Shown piece by piece: positions 63,825 through 64,000 of a DNA stretch of 64,000 nucleotides. The position numbers and the translations under genes are program-made. Below the pieces are notes generated by a model that saw only the letters and a program-made list of their open reading frames with translations, ran no database searches and had not been told where the DNA came from. Positions within the stretch are counted from its first letter, which is position 1; each line of letters starts with the position of its first letter. Source of the stretch: Bacilli bacterium (GTDB lineage Bacteria > Bacillota_I > Bacilli_A > RFN20 > CAG-288); contig JAFUFH010000086.1 in NCBI GenBank assembly GCA_017470005.1, positions 15,881 to 79,880 of the forward strand. Reading direction: 5' to 3'.

Positions 63825-64000
63825 ATCGAGTAGAGCGGCGAGGGTTTAATCTCGCCCGCCCTCTCACACCACCATACGTGCGGTTTTCCGCATACGGCGG
63901 TTCCAATCAACATAGCGAGCTTCTCCGTTCGAGGTAGTAGTTCGCTTGCCTTTTCCTCCTTTCCGCTCGGACTCCACTCTCCCTACGCTTTCCATCGGGA
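63825..64000 (-). mobile_element. 3' end of a group II intron (domains V and VI) on the minus strand, continuing past the right edge
   Basis: GC content is about 55%, against about 37% elsewhere. Minus-sense 63902-63869 reads CCGCCGUAUGCGGAAAACCGCACGUAUGGUGG. That matches the canonical domain V: a 9-bp lower stem with G-U pairs, a CGC catalytic triad, the AC bulge, a 4-bp upper stem and an A-rich loop. Domain VI, at about 63866-63826, is a hairpin with a bulged A 7 nt before a GAU 3' end. The intron lies 13 nt beyond the DUF1292 stop, on the opposite strand. Confidence 0.6.
63907..63999 (-). CDS. Possible C-terminal 30 codons of the intron-encoded protein (RT/maturase), partial
   Basis: An open frame ...PDGKRRESGVRAERRKRQANYYLERRSSLC* ends just 5' of domain V. 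It is Arg-rich and GC-rich. A second overlapping frame is also open, so the assignment is tentative. Confidence 0.3.
   Translation of the reverse strand, partial: PDGKRRESGVRAERRKRQANYYLERRSSLC

Noticed and set aside
63813-64000. GC-rich block considered as the 3' end of an rRNA operon (5S/23S), tmRNA, RNase P RNA or SRP RNA
   Set aside because: It has no match to the conserved 5S, 16S/23S terminal, RNase P P4 (GGAAAGUCC/ACAGAA), SRP domain IV or tmRNA T-arm/CCA sequences. It matches group II intron domain V/VI instead.
1-64000. CRISPR arrays, tRNA or rRNA genes, transposase/IS elements
   Set aside because: No regularly spaced direct repeats, tRNA cloverleaf/T-arm consensus, or transposase/integrase-like ORFs were seen. 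The only mobile-element signal is the partial group II intron at the right edge.

Overview
This window is a low-GC (about 37-38%) chromosomal segment with Firmicutes-like features (Erysipelotrichia/Clostridia style): AGA/TCT-rich codon usage, GGAGG ribosome-binding sites and lipoprotein lipoboxes. It is mostly core or accessory chromosome. The recognisable content, left to right:
- A maltodextrin locus (truncated lipoprotein, malQ), a nudix/mazG pair, and two divergent large c-di-GMP turnover proteins (GGDEF/EAL).
- A two-gene module of unknown function, a Cof-type HAD phosphatase, hpf, and a pduL / PLC-like / TSCPD / metK operon joined by an ATGA overlap.
- A trigger-factor paralogue lacking the ribosome-binding domain, NifU, an M24 peptidase, a Doc/Fic-like protein whose catalytic His is replaced, a second NUDIX, and zupT with a palindromic operator on its -10.
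- GDPD, an LD-carboxypeptidase and an MFS/GPH transporter with a K/A/E-rich tail.
- A complete nine-gene aromatic amino-acid operon (aminotransferase, pheA, aroB, aroC, aroE-aroK fusion, aroQ, aroA, tyrA, DAHP synthase), followed by a secreted endonuclease I lipoprotein and phosphoketolase.
- A long minus-strand block of surface hydrolases: two circularly permuted GH3 glycosidases, an Ig-like / Listeria-Bacteroides-repeat lipoprotein, an M6 metalloprotease lipoprotein, and an embedded LytTR two-component system with no autoinducer peptide gene. Upstream of it sits a small operon: a putative sigma-like factor, GT2, Nnr and a TrmH-family methylase.
- A dnaE - polA - fpg/coaE (fused) operon, a Thr-rich lipoprotein and a DUF1292 protein.
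- At the right edge, a GC-rich block (about 55%) carrying a canonical group II intron domain V/VI on the minus strand.

Other points worth a second look are an unannotated 47-aa basic protein gene with complete promoter, RBS and terminator, and several promoter-embedded palindromes.
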